A stretch of DNA of 39,610 nucleotides from an uncultured bacterium (GCA_963740635.1 CAVUEQ010000002.1:1-39610), one strand, 5' to 3'. Shown: positions 27,150-35,697, counted from the first letter of the stretch. Numbers and translations are program-made. The notes: generated by a model not told the origin, from the sequence alone.

Positions 27150-27778
27150 GCTGTGACCGTAACGAACCTCTCCTTAAACGCCGCTTTTTGGCTGTTTTCA
27201 AACGGTGACTCCACAAACAGTGCCTGCGAGCCAAGCACTGTCGCCAGCTCCCGCAAACCGTTGGCCTTAAGGGTGCTGCCGCTCTGCGTAATATCACAGA
27301 TGCCGTCAGCCAAACCAAGTGACGGCGCAACCTCTACCGAACCGTTCATTTTGATCACCGAAGCGTCAATCCCGTTCTCTGCCAAAAACTTCTTCAGGCT
27401 ATTGGGGTAAGTGGTTGCGATGCGCCTACCATCCAAGTCCGCAATCGACGTAATACCAGAATCGTTTGGCACTGCTAGCACGAGGCAGCACTCCCCAAAT
27501 CCCAGTTCTCTCACCGCCGGTACGGTCAGACCGCGCTCCAACACCAAATTCTCGCCCACGATTCCAAAATCAACCGTGCCATTTGCGATGTACTGGGGGA
27601 TATCGCCGTGCCGCACAAACACCAGCTCAGCCTCGATGTTACTGCACCGCACCACCAAGCTTCTAGCGTCATCCAGGTCAAATTCCACTCCCAGCGAACG
27701 CACGAAACTCAAACTAGGCCCTTTCAGCCGCCCTCCGCTTTGGATCGCGATCCTGATTGGCCTGTTTATGCTATTCAT
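27146..27778 (-). CDS. hisG: ATP phosphoribosyltransferase, short form (210 aa, no C-terminal regulatory domain)
   Basis: IRIAIQSGGRL.., VRHGDIPQYIANGTVDFGIVGEN, RIATTYPN, DITQSGSTLKANGL. Confidence 0.9.
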   Translation of the reverse strand: MNSINRPIRIAIQSGGRLKGPSLSFVRSLGVEFDLDDARSLVVRCSNIEAELVFVRHGDIPQYIANGTVDFGIVGENLVLERGLTVPAVRELGFGECCLVLAVPNDSGITSIADLDGRRIATTYPNSLKKFLAENGIDASVIKMNGSVEVAPSLGLADGICDITQSGSTLKANGLRELATVLGSQALFVESPFENSQKAAFKERFVTVTA

Positions 27779-28061
27779 TTTTACCCTGCTTCTCGAGCAT
27801 CAACTGGTATCCACCCGTACCGTCTTTCAACCATTTAGATACGCGAGCAATAGTAGTTGAACTCAAGCCCGTCTCTTTCACTATCTTGGAATATGACACC
27901 TTCTCACTCAGCATTTGCGCCGCATTCCAGCGGCTGGCAAATTCCCTTAGCTCACCCTCGGTCAGCAGATCACGAAAAAAACTCTTGGCCTCGTTCATAT
28001 CCTGAAGAGCCAATATTGCTGACAGCAAATCCTGCGTGTCCGGGTTGTCCCAAGTCTCCAT
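27771..28061 (-). CDS. TrpR-like / YerC-YecD family DNA-binding protein (96 aa), first gene of the his operon
   Basis: FFRDLLTEGELREFASRWNAAQML..SYSKIVKETGLSSTTIARVSKWLK matches my recollection of the Trp-repressor-like YerC/YecD family. The stop overlaps the hisG ATG by 8 nt. Confidence 0.75.
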   Translation of the reverse strand: METWDNPDTQDLLSAILALQDMNEAKSFFRDLLTEGELREFASRWNAAQMLSEKVSYSKIVKETGLSSTTIARVSKWLKDGTGGYQLMLEKQGKNE

Positions 28062-28078
28062 GCTTTACTCAACTAAAC

Positions 28079-28121
28079 TACTTTATTTAAGTAAAGTACT
28101 CCACTCGGGCTCTTCTGTCAA
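28079..28121 (-). promoter_or_regulatory. his-operon promoter (-35 TTGACA, 17 nt, -10 TACTTT) overlapped by the palindrome TACTTTA-cttaaa-TAAAGTA (candidate operator)
   Basis: -35 at 28121..28116 and -10 at 28098..28093. The 20-nt palindrome at 28098..28079 starts with the -10 hexamer and covers the predicted transcription start, 18-37 nt upstream of ATG 28061. Confidence 0.5.
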
Positions 28122-28360
28122 CTACTTATCCGTCTCCGAACTCCCCGTTGACTGACTCCGAATTGTATTCAACCAACTAAACTGCGATTCTCTCGACATG
28201 CCACGTTGTTTTAATGTAGTATTTTTGTCCAGGATTTATCAAATCCTCACATTTGGCTTGTGCTGTGATATTAACGAATTTTCATAAGATTTAGGTCAAA
28301 GATCGCTAGTATATTCGTTTTCCTCACATAAATTATTGCAATGGTAATAAACAATCATTG

Positions 28361-30562
28361 CTAAACGAGCTTCACAATTCCACTAGTTGCGTCCACGTCT
28401 ACCGTGTCACCTGTCTTTAATGTGCGCGTGGCACTCTCTGTGCCTATTACGCAAGGAATATTCAGCTCCCGGCTCACAATTGCAGCATGACACAGCATCC
28501 CACCCTCGTCAGTCACGATTGCTGCGGCCTTTTCGACTGCCAGCATCAGGCTTGGTGTGGTCATAGTGGTTACAAGAATCTCGCCGGGCCTCATTTCTAC
28601 CATCGATAAGTCATTCAGAACCACCCTCACCCGGCCACGCACCCGTCCGCCGCAAGCTGTCACTCCCTTTAGCGCCTCGTGATTCTGACTCTCGTCTCGT
28701 GCTGGGCGGCCCTCACTCACGCCGGATGCAAACCATTCCGTAACACCCAGCCTCGTCTCGAATCTAAAACCCTCCCGGCGCTCGCGTGCCCGTGATTGCA
28801 ATGCATCAGTACCAATCCCGCCTTCCAAACCTTCGATAATTTCCTGCCAGGTCAGATGGATCAACTCATCGACATCAGACAGCCCAATCTTTGCCGCCAC
28901 CCGACTGAGCTTGGGCAGCTCCCGCTCATGAGCCATAAAGAACACATCGAGCCGGTAGCTGCGCAAATACAAGTATTTCGACACCACATCAGCTAAATCC
29001 CGAGCATCACTATCCTTGCCCAATGCTTCAATTGCTGCGTCCCGCTCGCGCATTTGCCGCGTGCGGTGGTTTTTCATATCCAGTAGCCGCTTGGCGCAGT
29101 CACCCTTGAGCCCGTTCTGAAGCCGGATCACAACATCCCGGGCCGACTCCGGCTGGCCTGCGTAATACATCCGCCCCATCCAGCCAAAATCCTGGCGATA
29201 CGCGTCAATCAACTCCTGAATCTTGCCAAACTGCCCTGCTATCCGTCCGGTCAACGAATCTGCATCCAACCGTATCCACTCTTCGTAATCCGGGACACTG
29301 GCCTGAACCTCCGCGCCCAGTTCGAGCAACCGCAGCAGGTTATGGACCTCGTGCGTCGGCTGAGTGGCAAACTTCAGCGCCGCCACAACGGCCTCGGCTT
29401 TCTGCGCGTCATTGAGACGCTCCGAGACGAATGCATTCAAGAAATCCTCAAGCTCAAACTGAACGGTAATCATTACGAGCAGATTAGATGCATGAGCCAA
29501 TGCGACCTCGAAATAGCCCTTCACTGCCTCGGCATCCGACTTGCCGGCAGCCTGCCAGGTGGCGTCCAATAATTTCTGGGCCGATCTCTCGCACGTCTTA
29601 GCATATTCCTGAAAAAACCGCAGGCCATCGCGCGCCACTCGGTCGTGCACGACAGCCTTGGCCGCCGCCAGCTCATCCTTATCAAACTGAAACGCCAACC
29701 CCTCACGGCGGATATTCGAAAAACCAATCGGCAGCCCTGTTACACTCTGGATCCGCGCCCGATCCTGGCCCGAAACCGCCAGGCTCAAGAATAACGGCGT
29801 GTGCCGCCGCGCGACCGTTGTCACCCATGTAATATACTTCTGCTTTGACCGTTTGGGCAGCGCAGTAATCGGACGCGACTGCACGATGTAAATCTTCCCT
29901 CGCTCTATTGCCCACTCAATGTCTTGCGGCTGACCGAAATGCCGCTCAATTTGACTGGCAATATTTGAGAGCTCACTCACCTGGTCATCGGACAGGACCG
30001 GCTTCGTGCTACGCTGTTTGCCCTGCATGCGGCTCAGGACCCTTCCGGAAGTTTTCTCCGCACGAATTGTTTCCGGTGTTACCTTCCCTTGGACCAGTAA
30101 TTCGCCCAGTCCATTCACTGATTCGATTACCAGTTCGTCCTCACCACTAACAGGATTAGTTGTAAAAATTACACCGGATACTTCACTTTCAACCATCCTC
30201 TGCACCAGAACTGCCACTTTCTGCGACCCTAGGCTGGTCTTCTTCTCTCTCGCATAGGATTGCGCCTGCGCCGAATCAATTGAACCCTGGCACCTCTTCA
30301 CCGCCTCAATCAAACCGTCATGGGTAGTATTGAGAAACGTATCGAGCTGCCCAGCCCACGACGCCGCACCCGAATCTTCGCCCACCGCAGACGACCGCAC
30401 CGCGACTTTATCCGCGCCCAAACCAGCAAAGGCTGACATTATTTCCAGTTCCAGCGGCCCTGACAGGTTTGCCGCCTGCACGCGCGATGTAATTACAAAG
30501 CCATCGGGCACCGGCAAACCGGCCTGAAGCATCTCACCCAAAGGCCCGGCCTTCCCGCCCAC
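28361..30562 (-). CDS. PEP-utilising enzyme family protein: N-terminal PPDK_N/ATP-grasp domain, ~390-aa helical middle, C-terminal swivelling His domain (733 aa)
   Basis: N-terminus GGKAGPLGEMLQAGLPVPDGFVIT..VAVRSSAVGEDS..IEWAIERGKIYIVQSRPIT. C-terminus ILVTTMTTPS..AIVTDEGGMLCHAAIVSRELNIPCVIG. GTG start with SD GGGAGG 8 nt upstream. The domain order is that of rifampin phosphotransferases and PEP-synthase-like proteins. Confidence 0.85.
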   Translation of the reverse strand: MGGKAGPLGEMLQAGLPVPDGFVITSRVQAANLSGPLELEIMSAFAGLGADKVAVRSSAVGEDSGAASWAGQLDTFLNTTHDGLIEAVKRCQGSIDSAQAQSYAREKKTSLGSQKVAVLVQRMVESEVSGVIFTTNPVSGEDELVIESVNGLGELLVQGKVTPETIRAEKTSGRVLSRMQGKQRSTKPVLSDDQVSELSNIASQIERHFGQPQDIEWAIERGKIYIVQSRPITALPKRSKQKYITWVTTVARRHTPLFLSLAVSGQDRARIQSVTGLPIGFSNIRREGLAFQFDKDELAAAKAVVHDRVARDGLRFFQEYAKTCERSAQKLLDATWQAAGKSDAEAVKGYFEVALAHASNLLVMITVQFELEDFLNAFVSERLNDAQKAEAVVAALKFATQPTHEVHNLLRLLELGAEVQASVPDYEEWIRLDADSLTGRIAGQFGKIQELIDAYRQDFGWMGRMYYAGQPESARDVVIRLQNGLKGDCAKRLLDMKNHRTRQMRERDAAIEALGKDSDARDLADVVSKYLYLRSYRLDVFFMAHERELPKLSRVAAKIGLSDVDELIHLTWQEIIEGLEGGIGTDALQSRARERREGFRFETRLGVTEWFASGVSEGRPARDESQNHEALKGVTACGGRVRGRVRVVLNDLSMVEMRPGEILVTTMTTPSLMLAVEKAAAIVTDEGGMLCHAAIVSRELNIPCVIGTESATRTLKTGDTVDVDATSGIVKLV

Positions 30563-30611
30563 AAGTCCCGCCTCCCGGCCTCACATTATGACGCCATTAT
30601 CGCATATGATG

Positions 30612-31241
30612 TTATTCGACTTTTATACCTAGTTCCGACGCCAATATCGGCGCGAGAACCACCAGCTGCACTGCATCAATAGAAACACCGTGCATACTGA
30701 GTACCCCTTTAATGCCGGACAGGTTTGATCCCGGGAAGCGCACGTTTTCGAAATTTGCGGCATCAAATACCGCCCCATCCAAGTCACAATTCTCAAACAC
30801 AACGCCGGTCAGCTTAGCGCCATAAAAATCAGCTTCGCGCATGTTACACTCCGTAAACATAACATTCTTGAGTTTAGATGCCCGAAAATTCGTCAGGTCT
30901 AGCTTGGCTTTCCTAAAGATGACATCCTTTAGGTTGGAGGCCGTCACCGCCATTCCCGACAGCACACCGCCGCTCACTTCGACTCTCAACCAGCCGCTGC
31001 CGTCAAACACGGCCCCAAACATCATGATGCCGTCAGCGCTCACATCAGTCAGGTTAAGATGCTTAATCTTGCCCGATGCCAACGACACCCGCGCTAGTCG
31101 CGACGAATCAATTGCCAGGCTATTGGTTTGGACGTTCGTGAAGTCGGCATCCTCGATCGCCACGTTCAAAAGCTCTTGATCCCGGTCCAGAGTGACCGGC
31201 TTATACTCATCAAGCTCGTTAGGAATATTCAGCTTCATCAC
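30612..31241 (-). CDS. Pentapeptide-repeat protein (209 aa)
   Basis: Runs of A(D/N)LxX-type pentapeptides, for example NLKDVIFRKAKLDLTNFRASKLKNVMFTECNMREADFYGAKLTGVVFENCDLDGAVFDAANFENVRFPGSNL. Confidence 0.85.
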   Translation of the reverse strand: MMKLNIPNELDEYKPVTLDRDQELLNVAIEDADFTNVQTNSLAIDSSRLARVSLASGKIKHLNLTDVSADGIMMFGAVFDGSGWLRVEVSGGVLSGMAVTASNLKDVIFRKAKLDLTNFRASKLKNVMFTECNMREADFYGAKLTGVVFENCDLDGAVFDAANFENVRFPGSNLSGIKGVLSMHGVSIDAVQLVVLAPILASELGIKVE

Positions 31242-31266
31242 CTACCGGCTACAATTAACTACAAAA

Positions 31267-31342
31267 TGGTCGGGGTGAGAGGACTTGAACCTCCGGCCTC
31301 AGCGTCCCGAACGCTGCGCGCTACCAACTGCGCCACACCCCG
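31267..31342 (-). tRNA. tRNA-Pro (anticodon CGG), CCA encoded
   Basis: The minus strand reads CGGGGTG-TG-GCGC-AGTTGGT-AGCGC-G-CAGCG-TTCGGGA-CGCTG-AGGCC-GGAGG-TTCAAGT-CCTCT-CACCCCG-A-CCA. It has a 7-bp acceptor stem and a canonical T-loop, and the anticodon loop TTCGGGA carries CGG. Confidence 0.93.
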
Positions 31343-31357
31343 ATAACTCCGCCTAGT

Positions 31358-32236
31358 TTACGCTTCCAGCCCCGCTCCGTCCAGCTCCACGCGCATTAAA
31401 TGCAGCTGTGTAGCGGCATAAGCTTTCAGCCATGCCAGCTCACCTTCAAACAGGCCGGTGCTGGCCAGCCGCCGGCTGTATTCGTCAATGCGTCGGCGAA
31501 AATCAGCCTCGCCGGCCACCTGGGGAGCCGGCACATCATCACGGCCCGCCCGGAACCTGTAACCCAGCAGCGCCAAGCCCTCCCAGCGCATATCCCGCAA
31601 CATCGACAGCACAACCGCCTCCACCGTGCCATTCACCATGTCTCGCACCATGGTCGGCACTACCACGGCCTGCGCCGGCTCACGGCATTCAAACATCTGC
31701 GACAGCGCCGACTCTACCCGCTCGCGATCGAGAGGCTCAAAACCGGTTGCGGCCACTTCTATCCACTTCAGCACACTCCTGAGGTTAGCATTAGCCAAAA
31801 AGGACCCCAGGACATATCGGGACGCAATTCTAAATTCCAGCCCAGCCCGAGCGGTAGCCCTCAGCTCTGCCTGGCCGGCACTACTTGCGGCCGCCTGTTC
31901 AATGTAAAACGCCAGTAACCCGCGAGCCTGCGCATACCGCATCGGCTCGCCGCTCACCAGCTTCAACGACCGGTCGATGTAGGCGGTCATGTTGGCCGCA
32001 TATCCAATGGTAAATTCGCTCGGCGCCGCCAGCACACACACAGCTCCGCCTTCGCCTGCCTCTTTTGCAGCTCGAACCAGATTGCTGGTGACCACTTCAC
32101 GACCTTCGGCAAAATCGAGCCCCTCCGCCAAAACAGCGCCCCCCGCATTGGCCGCGGCCCCGTAAGCGACAAAATTAACTTCCGTCAGAGTTTGATCGCC
32201 ATGCTCAGGAGCTAATTCAATCCGGCTCAGTGGCAT
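31358..32236 (-). CDS. Hypothetical protein (292 aa), Ala-rich, no recognisable motif or TM
   Basis: Long ORF. Its ATG is 1 nt after the SprT-like gene stop (TGAgATG) and its stop is 15 nt upstream of tRNA-Pro. Confidence 0.6.
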   Translation of the reverse strand: MPLSRIELAPEHGDQTLTEVNFVAYGAAANAGGAVLAEGLDFAEGREVVTSNLVRAAKEAGEGGAVCVLAAPSEFTIGYAANMTAYIDRSLKLVSGEPMRYAQARGLLAFYIEQAAASSAGQAELRATARAGLEFRIASRYVLGSFLANANLRSVLKWIEVAATGFEPLDRERVESALSQMFECREPAQAVVVPTMVRDMVNGTVEAVVLSMLRDMRWEGLALLGYRFRAGRDDVPAPQVAGEADFRRRIDEYSRRLASTGLFEGELAWLKAYAATQLHLMRVELDGAGLEA

Positions 32237-32237
32237 C

Positions 32238-32744
32238 TCATCGTTCCCCGATAAACCAGAATGGTTTTGGCACGGCCACTCCGGTTCCCCTGGAGCGCCC
32301 TATGCGGCTAGCCGGTTTAATGCCAAATTCTTGTTTCAAAACACCCACCCAGTTCTGCTTAAGCCACCGTTTTTGTTGTAAATAAAGCTCCAAAAGGCCG
32401 CGCTCGGCAAACTCACGGCGCATCACACCTCCGGCATGAGGGTGGTTTTGGGCCTGCTCTAGCGGTGAGTTAAAACCATGGGCGTAGTGAGCGAGCTCGT
32501 GGAAGATCGTGGCCTCCACCACAAATTCCGGCACGTCATCACGCTTAAACACTCCGTTCATGGTGATGATGCTGGTTTTGCGGTCACCCGGGTCGAGGCT
32601 GATAGAACCCAGCCTCCGCTTGGTCCGCCGGCCGAAGACTATGCGCACGTCATTGACCTGCGGCACCTCCGGGAAATAATTATCCCAAATCTTGTCCAGG
32701 ATCCCTTGCAGCCAGGCTTCATCACGCCTAGCCATTGCTTCCAC
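32238..32744 (-). CDS. SprT/DUF45 (YgjP)-like zinc metalloprotease-fold protein (168 aa)
   Basis: HExxH motif in ATIFHELAHYAHG. N-terminal ..IVFGRRTKRRLGSISL.. resembles the DUF45 pattern. It overlaps the helicase gene end by 17 nt (8 nt if the second Met is used). Confidence 0.65.
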   Translation of the reverse strand: MEAMARRDEAWLQGILDKIWDNYFPEVPQVNDVRIVFGRRTKRRLGSISLDPGDRKTSIITMNGVFKRDDVPEFVVEATIFHELAHYAHGFNSPLEQAQNHPHAGGVMRREFAERGLLELYLQQKRWLKQNWVGVLKQEFGIKPASRIGRSRGTGVAVPKPFWFIGER

Positions 32745-35652
32745 CCACGACCTCGCCCGCCGCTAGCAATCGTTCGCTCAGTTCATCAATTTCACCGGTA
32801 CCGTAATATTTCGTCGCCGCACATACATGCATGCTCGAGGGGTTAGGCGCGAACTCGCGCAGTCTAATACTCTGGGCCATACTCGAAAGCTTATCACGAT
32901 GGTTACGCAAAATGGTCCCCGACAAATGAGCCTCCCCCTCCAAACCCGTTACGACGTAGTCGAGCACCACCGCCGCCGGTGCGGCGCCCCGCAGTATCTG
33001 GCCCGCCAAGGCGTAGGTCCTCAGCTGAAAGTTGTCTTTGGTCGCCCGCTGCAATTTCTCGGGCGATGTTTTGGTGCGGCCGGTCTTGAAATCCCGGATC
33101 TCATAACCGGACGAGCGGTCGATGACGGCATCAATTTTGCCGCGGATCCGTAGCTTAGCCTCCGGCAATTCAAACCGGATTGGCACTTCGCTGCCGGTGA
33201 CGTTGCGCCCAGCTGCCTCTTCGCGGTCAAAGAATCTGGCCAAGGTCTTGTTGGCCAGCTTCCGGTCCGATTCGGCGCGAGCCGCGTCGCTGTACCCACG
33301 ATTACTCCAGGCTTCATCCAGTAGCGCCCCCAGCTCCTTAAGTGATGCCGCAGCCCCATCCATCCTGCTCTTATAGTACCGCTCAAAGGCCCGATGCATC
33401 ACGCTGCCAAATGCCAGTTGCGGCCCCATCGGCTGAGAGACCTTAAGCACATGTTCCAGGAAGAACTCAAATGGACAAAAGTTGTATGCATATAGAGCCG
33501 TCACACTGAGCTCAATCCAACCGTCTTCGGACTCGAACGGCAAACGGTCATCAGCCGCAGCTGCAGCTTCAATTGGATAAAATCGTTGTAATTTATTCAT
33601 CAAAGTCCGTCTTTTTTCAGATTCGTCATGCGATACCGGCCCGACTTCCATCTTAAATTCGTCGCCCAGGAGCTCCTTCACGAAGGGACTCAGGAGTTGG
33701 CGGGTTCCGGCCACCGTTGCCAGCGGCGCACTGATAACCAGCGTTGTTTTTGCCCGGGTCACAGCCACATACATCAGACGGCGGAACTCATGGTCCGGTG
33801 GCAGCTCCGGCGTGGTCTTAAGATCGGTCGGCACCTCCCGGCGCTGGCTCCGCCCCGCCGACCAGTTCCGCTGGGTACAGCCCACCAAGTAGACCGTCAC
33901 AAATTCCAGCCCCTTAGCCGCGTGCACCGTCAGCAACTGCACGCCCTCGGCCTCACCAACCGGCTCAGACACCTCCAGCGCCGGTGGTTTCGGAAAGGCC
34001 TCCAGGTAGCCGGCCAGGTTTCCGGCCACCGCCACTGTCTCAAAATCCTGCATTTGAGTCAGCAACCGGTGCAAGTCTTCGAATACCCGGACCATCCGCC
34101 CTCCAGACGCACCCTCGGCCAACTTCTGCCAGCGTTCGGCCACTCCGGTGTCAAACACCAGCTTAAACGCCATCTGGCTGACCGGCAGCGTCTTCGCCCA
34201 GGCGCGCCACTCCTCCAGCTGCCCCACCAACCGGCGGCACCTCTCCAGGTCACTTTTCGCCATTGCCTCTTCAAACGATATTAATTCTTCCCGCGATCGC
34301 TCCAGTATTTCCCGGTACTCGCTCGCACTCCACCCCACAAACGGGCCCATCACCACATGCGCAATCGCTTCGTCTGATGCCTTCCAGTCAACCCATTGCA
34401 GCAAGTACCACAGCCCCAGCAATTCCGGCTGCTCAAAAATGCTCACCGTTGTCGAAATCGCAAATGGCACTTTGCGCCTCGCCATAGCTTTCGCCAGGGC
34501 TTTCAGCGGTGCGTGGGTTGCCGCCAGCACCGCGATGCTGCCCGCCGGCTCCCCACCGCCAACCCGCCGCTCAATCTCAGCCAGCACGCCCTCCTGCTCG
34601 TCCGCGGCATTCGCATACGGCCCAAAACCAACCCGGCTGTCGTCATGCGTGGCCACTAGCTTTTTACTCAGACCAAACTTGTCTTCCAGCCGCTCGGGGT
34701 TGTTGTGCTGTATCAAACGATAGGCCGCATCGAGCACCGCCTGGCCCGACCGGTAATTCCTCACCAACACTACTGGTTTGTCCAGCTCGTAATGTTCCGA
34801 AAACGACAAAATATTCCCGATGTCGGCGCCGCGGAAACCGTATATCGCCTGGTCGTCATCGCCCACCGCAAAGATATTTCCGGTTTTGCCGATAAACGTC
34901 CTCAGTAGTTCATCCTGCACCGCGTTCGTATCCTGGTACTCATCCACCAGCACATACTTAAACTCTTGGGCCAATCTCTGAGCCAGATTGGGCTTTGTAC
35001 GTAAAATATCCAGCGGCAGCTGCAGCTGGTCGTTGTAATCATAGGTTCCCGTTTCTTTCTTCACCTCGGCATAAAGCTGGTAAATCCGGGCCAGGTCAGC
35101 TTGCTCTTCAATCTCCAGCGGGTGTTTGTCGGCGGGATTCGCAGCCAGCCGGGCCACATATTCCGTGCATGCCTCAGGCGATACGCCGGCATTCTGCAAT
35201 TGCCCGATGTAATCAACTACCCCTTCCAGAAATTCAAACAGGTCAGTCTGCGGACCGTAATATTTCAGCTCAATTCGTCCTAAATGTTGTCGTAATAACA
35301 ACGCTTTTTGCATATCATTGATTAATCCCCCGCCCACCGACCTCCCGATGTGGCTCGCAAAGCGGCCCAGCAGTTCTGCGCCAAAGGCATGGAAGGTCAT
35401 TACCGGCACCTGAAACGACTCCCAGCCAATGAGGTCATACAGCCTCTCTTCCATCTCCCTGGCAGCCTTCTCCGTAAAGGTTAACGCCAGGATTTGGTTC
35501 GGCTTGGCCCGGTGTTGGTCTATCAAATACGCAATCCGGCGCGTGATCACTTGGGTTTTGCCCGTACCGGCTCCGGCTATCACAAGTTGCGGCCCGGTGT
35601 CATGCAGCACCGCCGCTTCCTGCTCCGGGTTCAGACCATCAAGAATGCCCAT
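32728..35652 (-). CDS. UvrD/PcrA-type SF1 helicase fused to a C-terminal RecB-family PD-(D/E)XK nuclease (974 aa)
   Basis: Helicase motifs AGAGTGKTQV, LTFTEKAA, VLVDEYQDTN, TVHAAKGLEF, YVAVTRAK. Nuclease motifs GKIDAV, YEIRDFKTG, QLRTYAL. Confidence 0.9.
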   Translation of the reverse strand: MGILDGLNPEQEAAVLHDTGPQLVIAGAGTGKTQVITRRIAYLIDQHRAKPNQILALTFTEKAAREMEERLYDLIGWESFQVPVMTFHAFGAELLGRFASHIGRSVGGGLINDMQKALLLRQHLGRIELKYYGPQTDLFEFLEGVVDYIGQLQNAGVSPEACTEYVARLAANPADKHPLEIEEQADLARIYQLYAEVKKETGTYDYNDQLQLPLDILRTKPNLAQRLAQEFKYVLVDEYQDTNAVQDELLRTFIGKTGNIFAVGDDDQAIYGFRGADIGNILSFSEHYELDKPVVLVRNYRSGQAVLDAAYRLIQHNNPERLEDKFGLSKKLVATHDDSRVGFGPYANAADEQEGVLAEIERRVGGGEPAGSIAVLAATHAPLKALAKAMARRKVPFAISTTVSIFEQPELLGLWYLLQWVDWKASDEAIAHVVMGPFVGWSASEYREILERSREELISFEEAMAKSDLERCRRLVGQLEEWRAWAKTLPVSQMAFKLVFDTGVAERWQKLAEGASGGRMVRVFEDLHRLLTQMQDFETVAVAGNLAGYLEAFPKPPALEVSEPVGEAEGVQLLTVHAAKGLEFVTVYLVGCTQRNWSAGRSQRREVPTDLKTTPELPPDHEFRRLMYVAVTRAKTTLVISAPLATVAGTRQLLSPFVKELLGDEFKMEVGPVSHDESEKRRTLMNKLQRFYPIEAAAAADDRLPFESEDGWIELSVTALYAYNFCPFEFFLEHVLKVSQPMGPQLAFGSVMHRAFERYYKSRMDGAAASLKELGALLDEAWSNRGYSDAARAESDRKLANKTLARFFDREEAAGRNVTGSEVPIRFELPEAKLRIRGKIDAVIDRSSGYEIRDFKTGRTKTSPEKLQRATKDNFQLRTYALAGQILRGAAPAAVVLDYVVTGLEGEAHLSGTILRNHRDKLSSMAQSIRLREFAPNPSSMHVCAATKYYGTGEIDELSERLLAAGEVVGGSNG

Positions 35653-35658
35653 ACGGCC

Positions 35659-35667
35659 ATTCTACCA
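35659..35667 (-). promoter_or_regulatory. Extended -10 box TGGTAGAAT, 6 nt upstream of the helicase ATG 35652 (leaderless)
   Basis: The minus strand reads TGGTAGAAT-ggccgt-ATG. Confidence 0.5.
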
Positions 35668-35697
35668 GTTAAAGCTTGTGGCCCCTCCCTGCCGCAA

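Noticed and set aside
28231-28247. Hairpin AGGATTT-atc-AAATCCT in the AT-rich spacer, considered as a terminator for the PEP-utilising gene.
   Set aside because: No U-tract follows it on the minus strand (or on the plus strand), and the stem is only 7 A/T-rich bp.
28062-31342. Integrative mobile element at tRNA-Pro.
   Set aside because: No integrase, recombinase or excisionase gene was seen. I found no direct repeat of the tRNA 3' end in 28062..28360. Only composition and position are suggestive, so it is reported as a finding and not as a mobile element.
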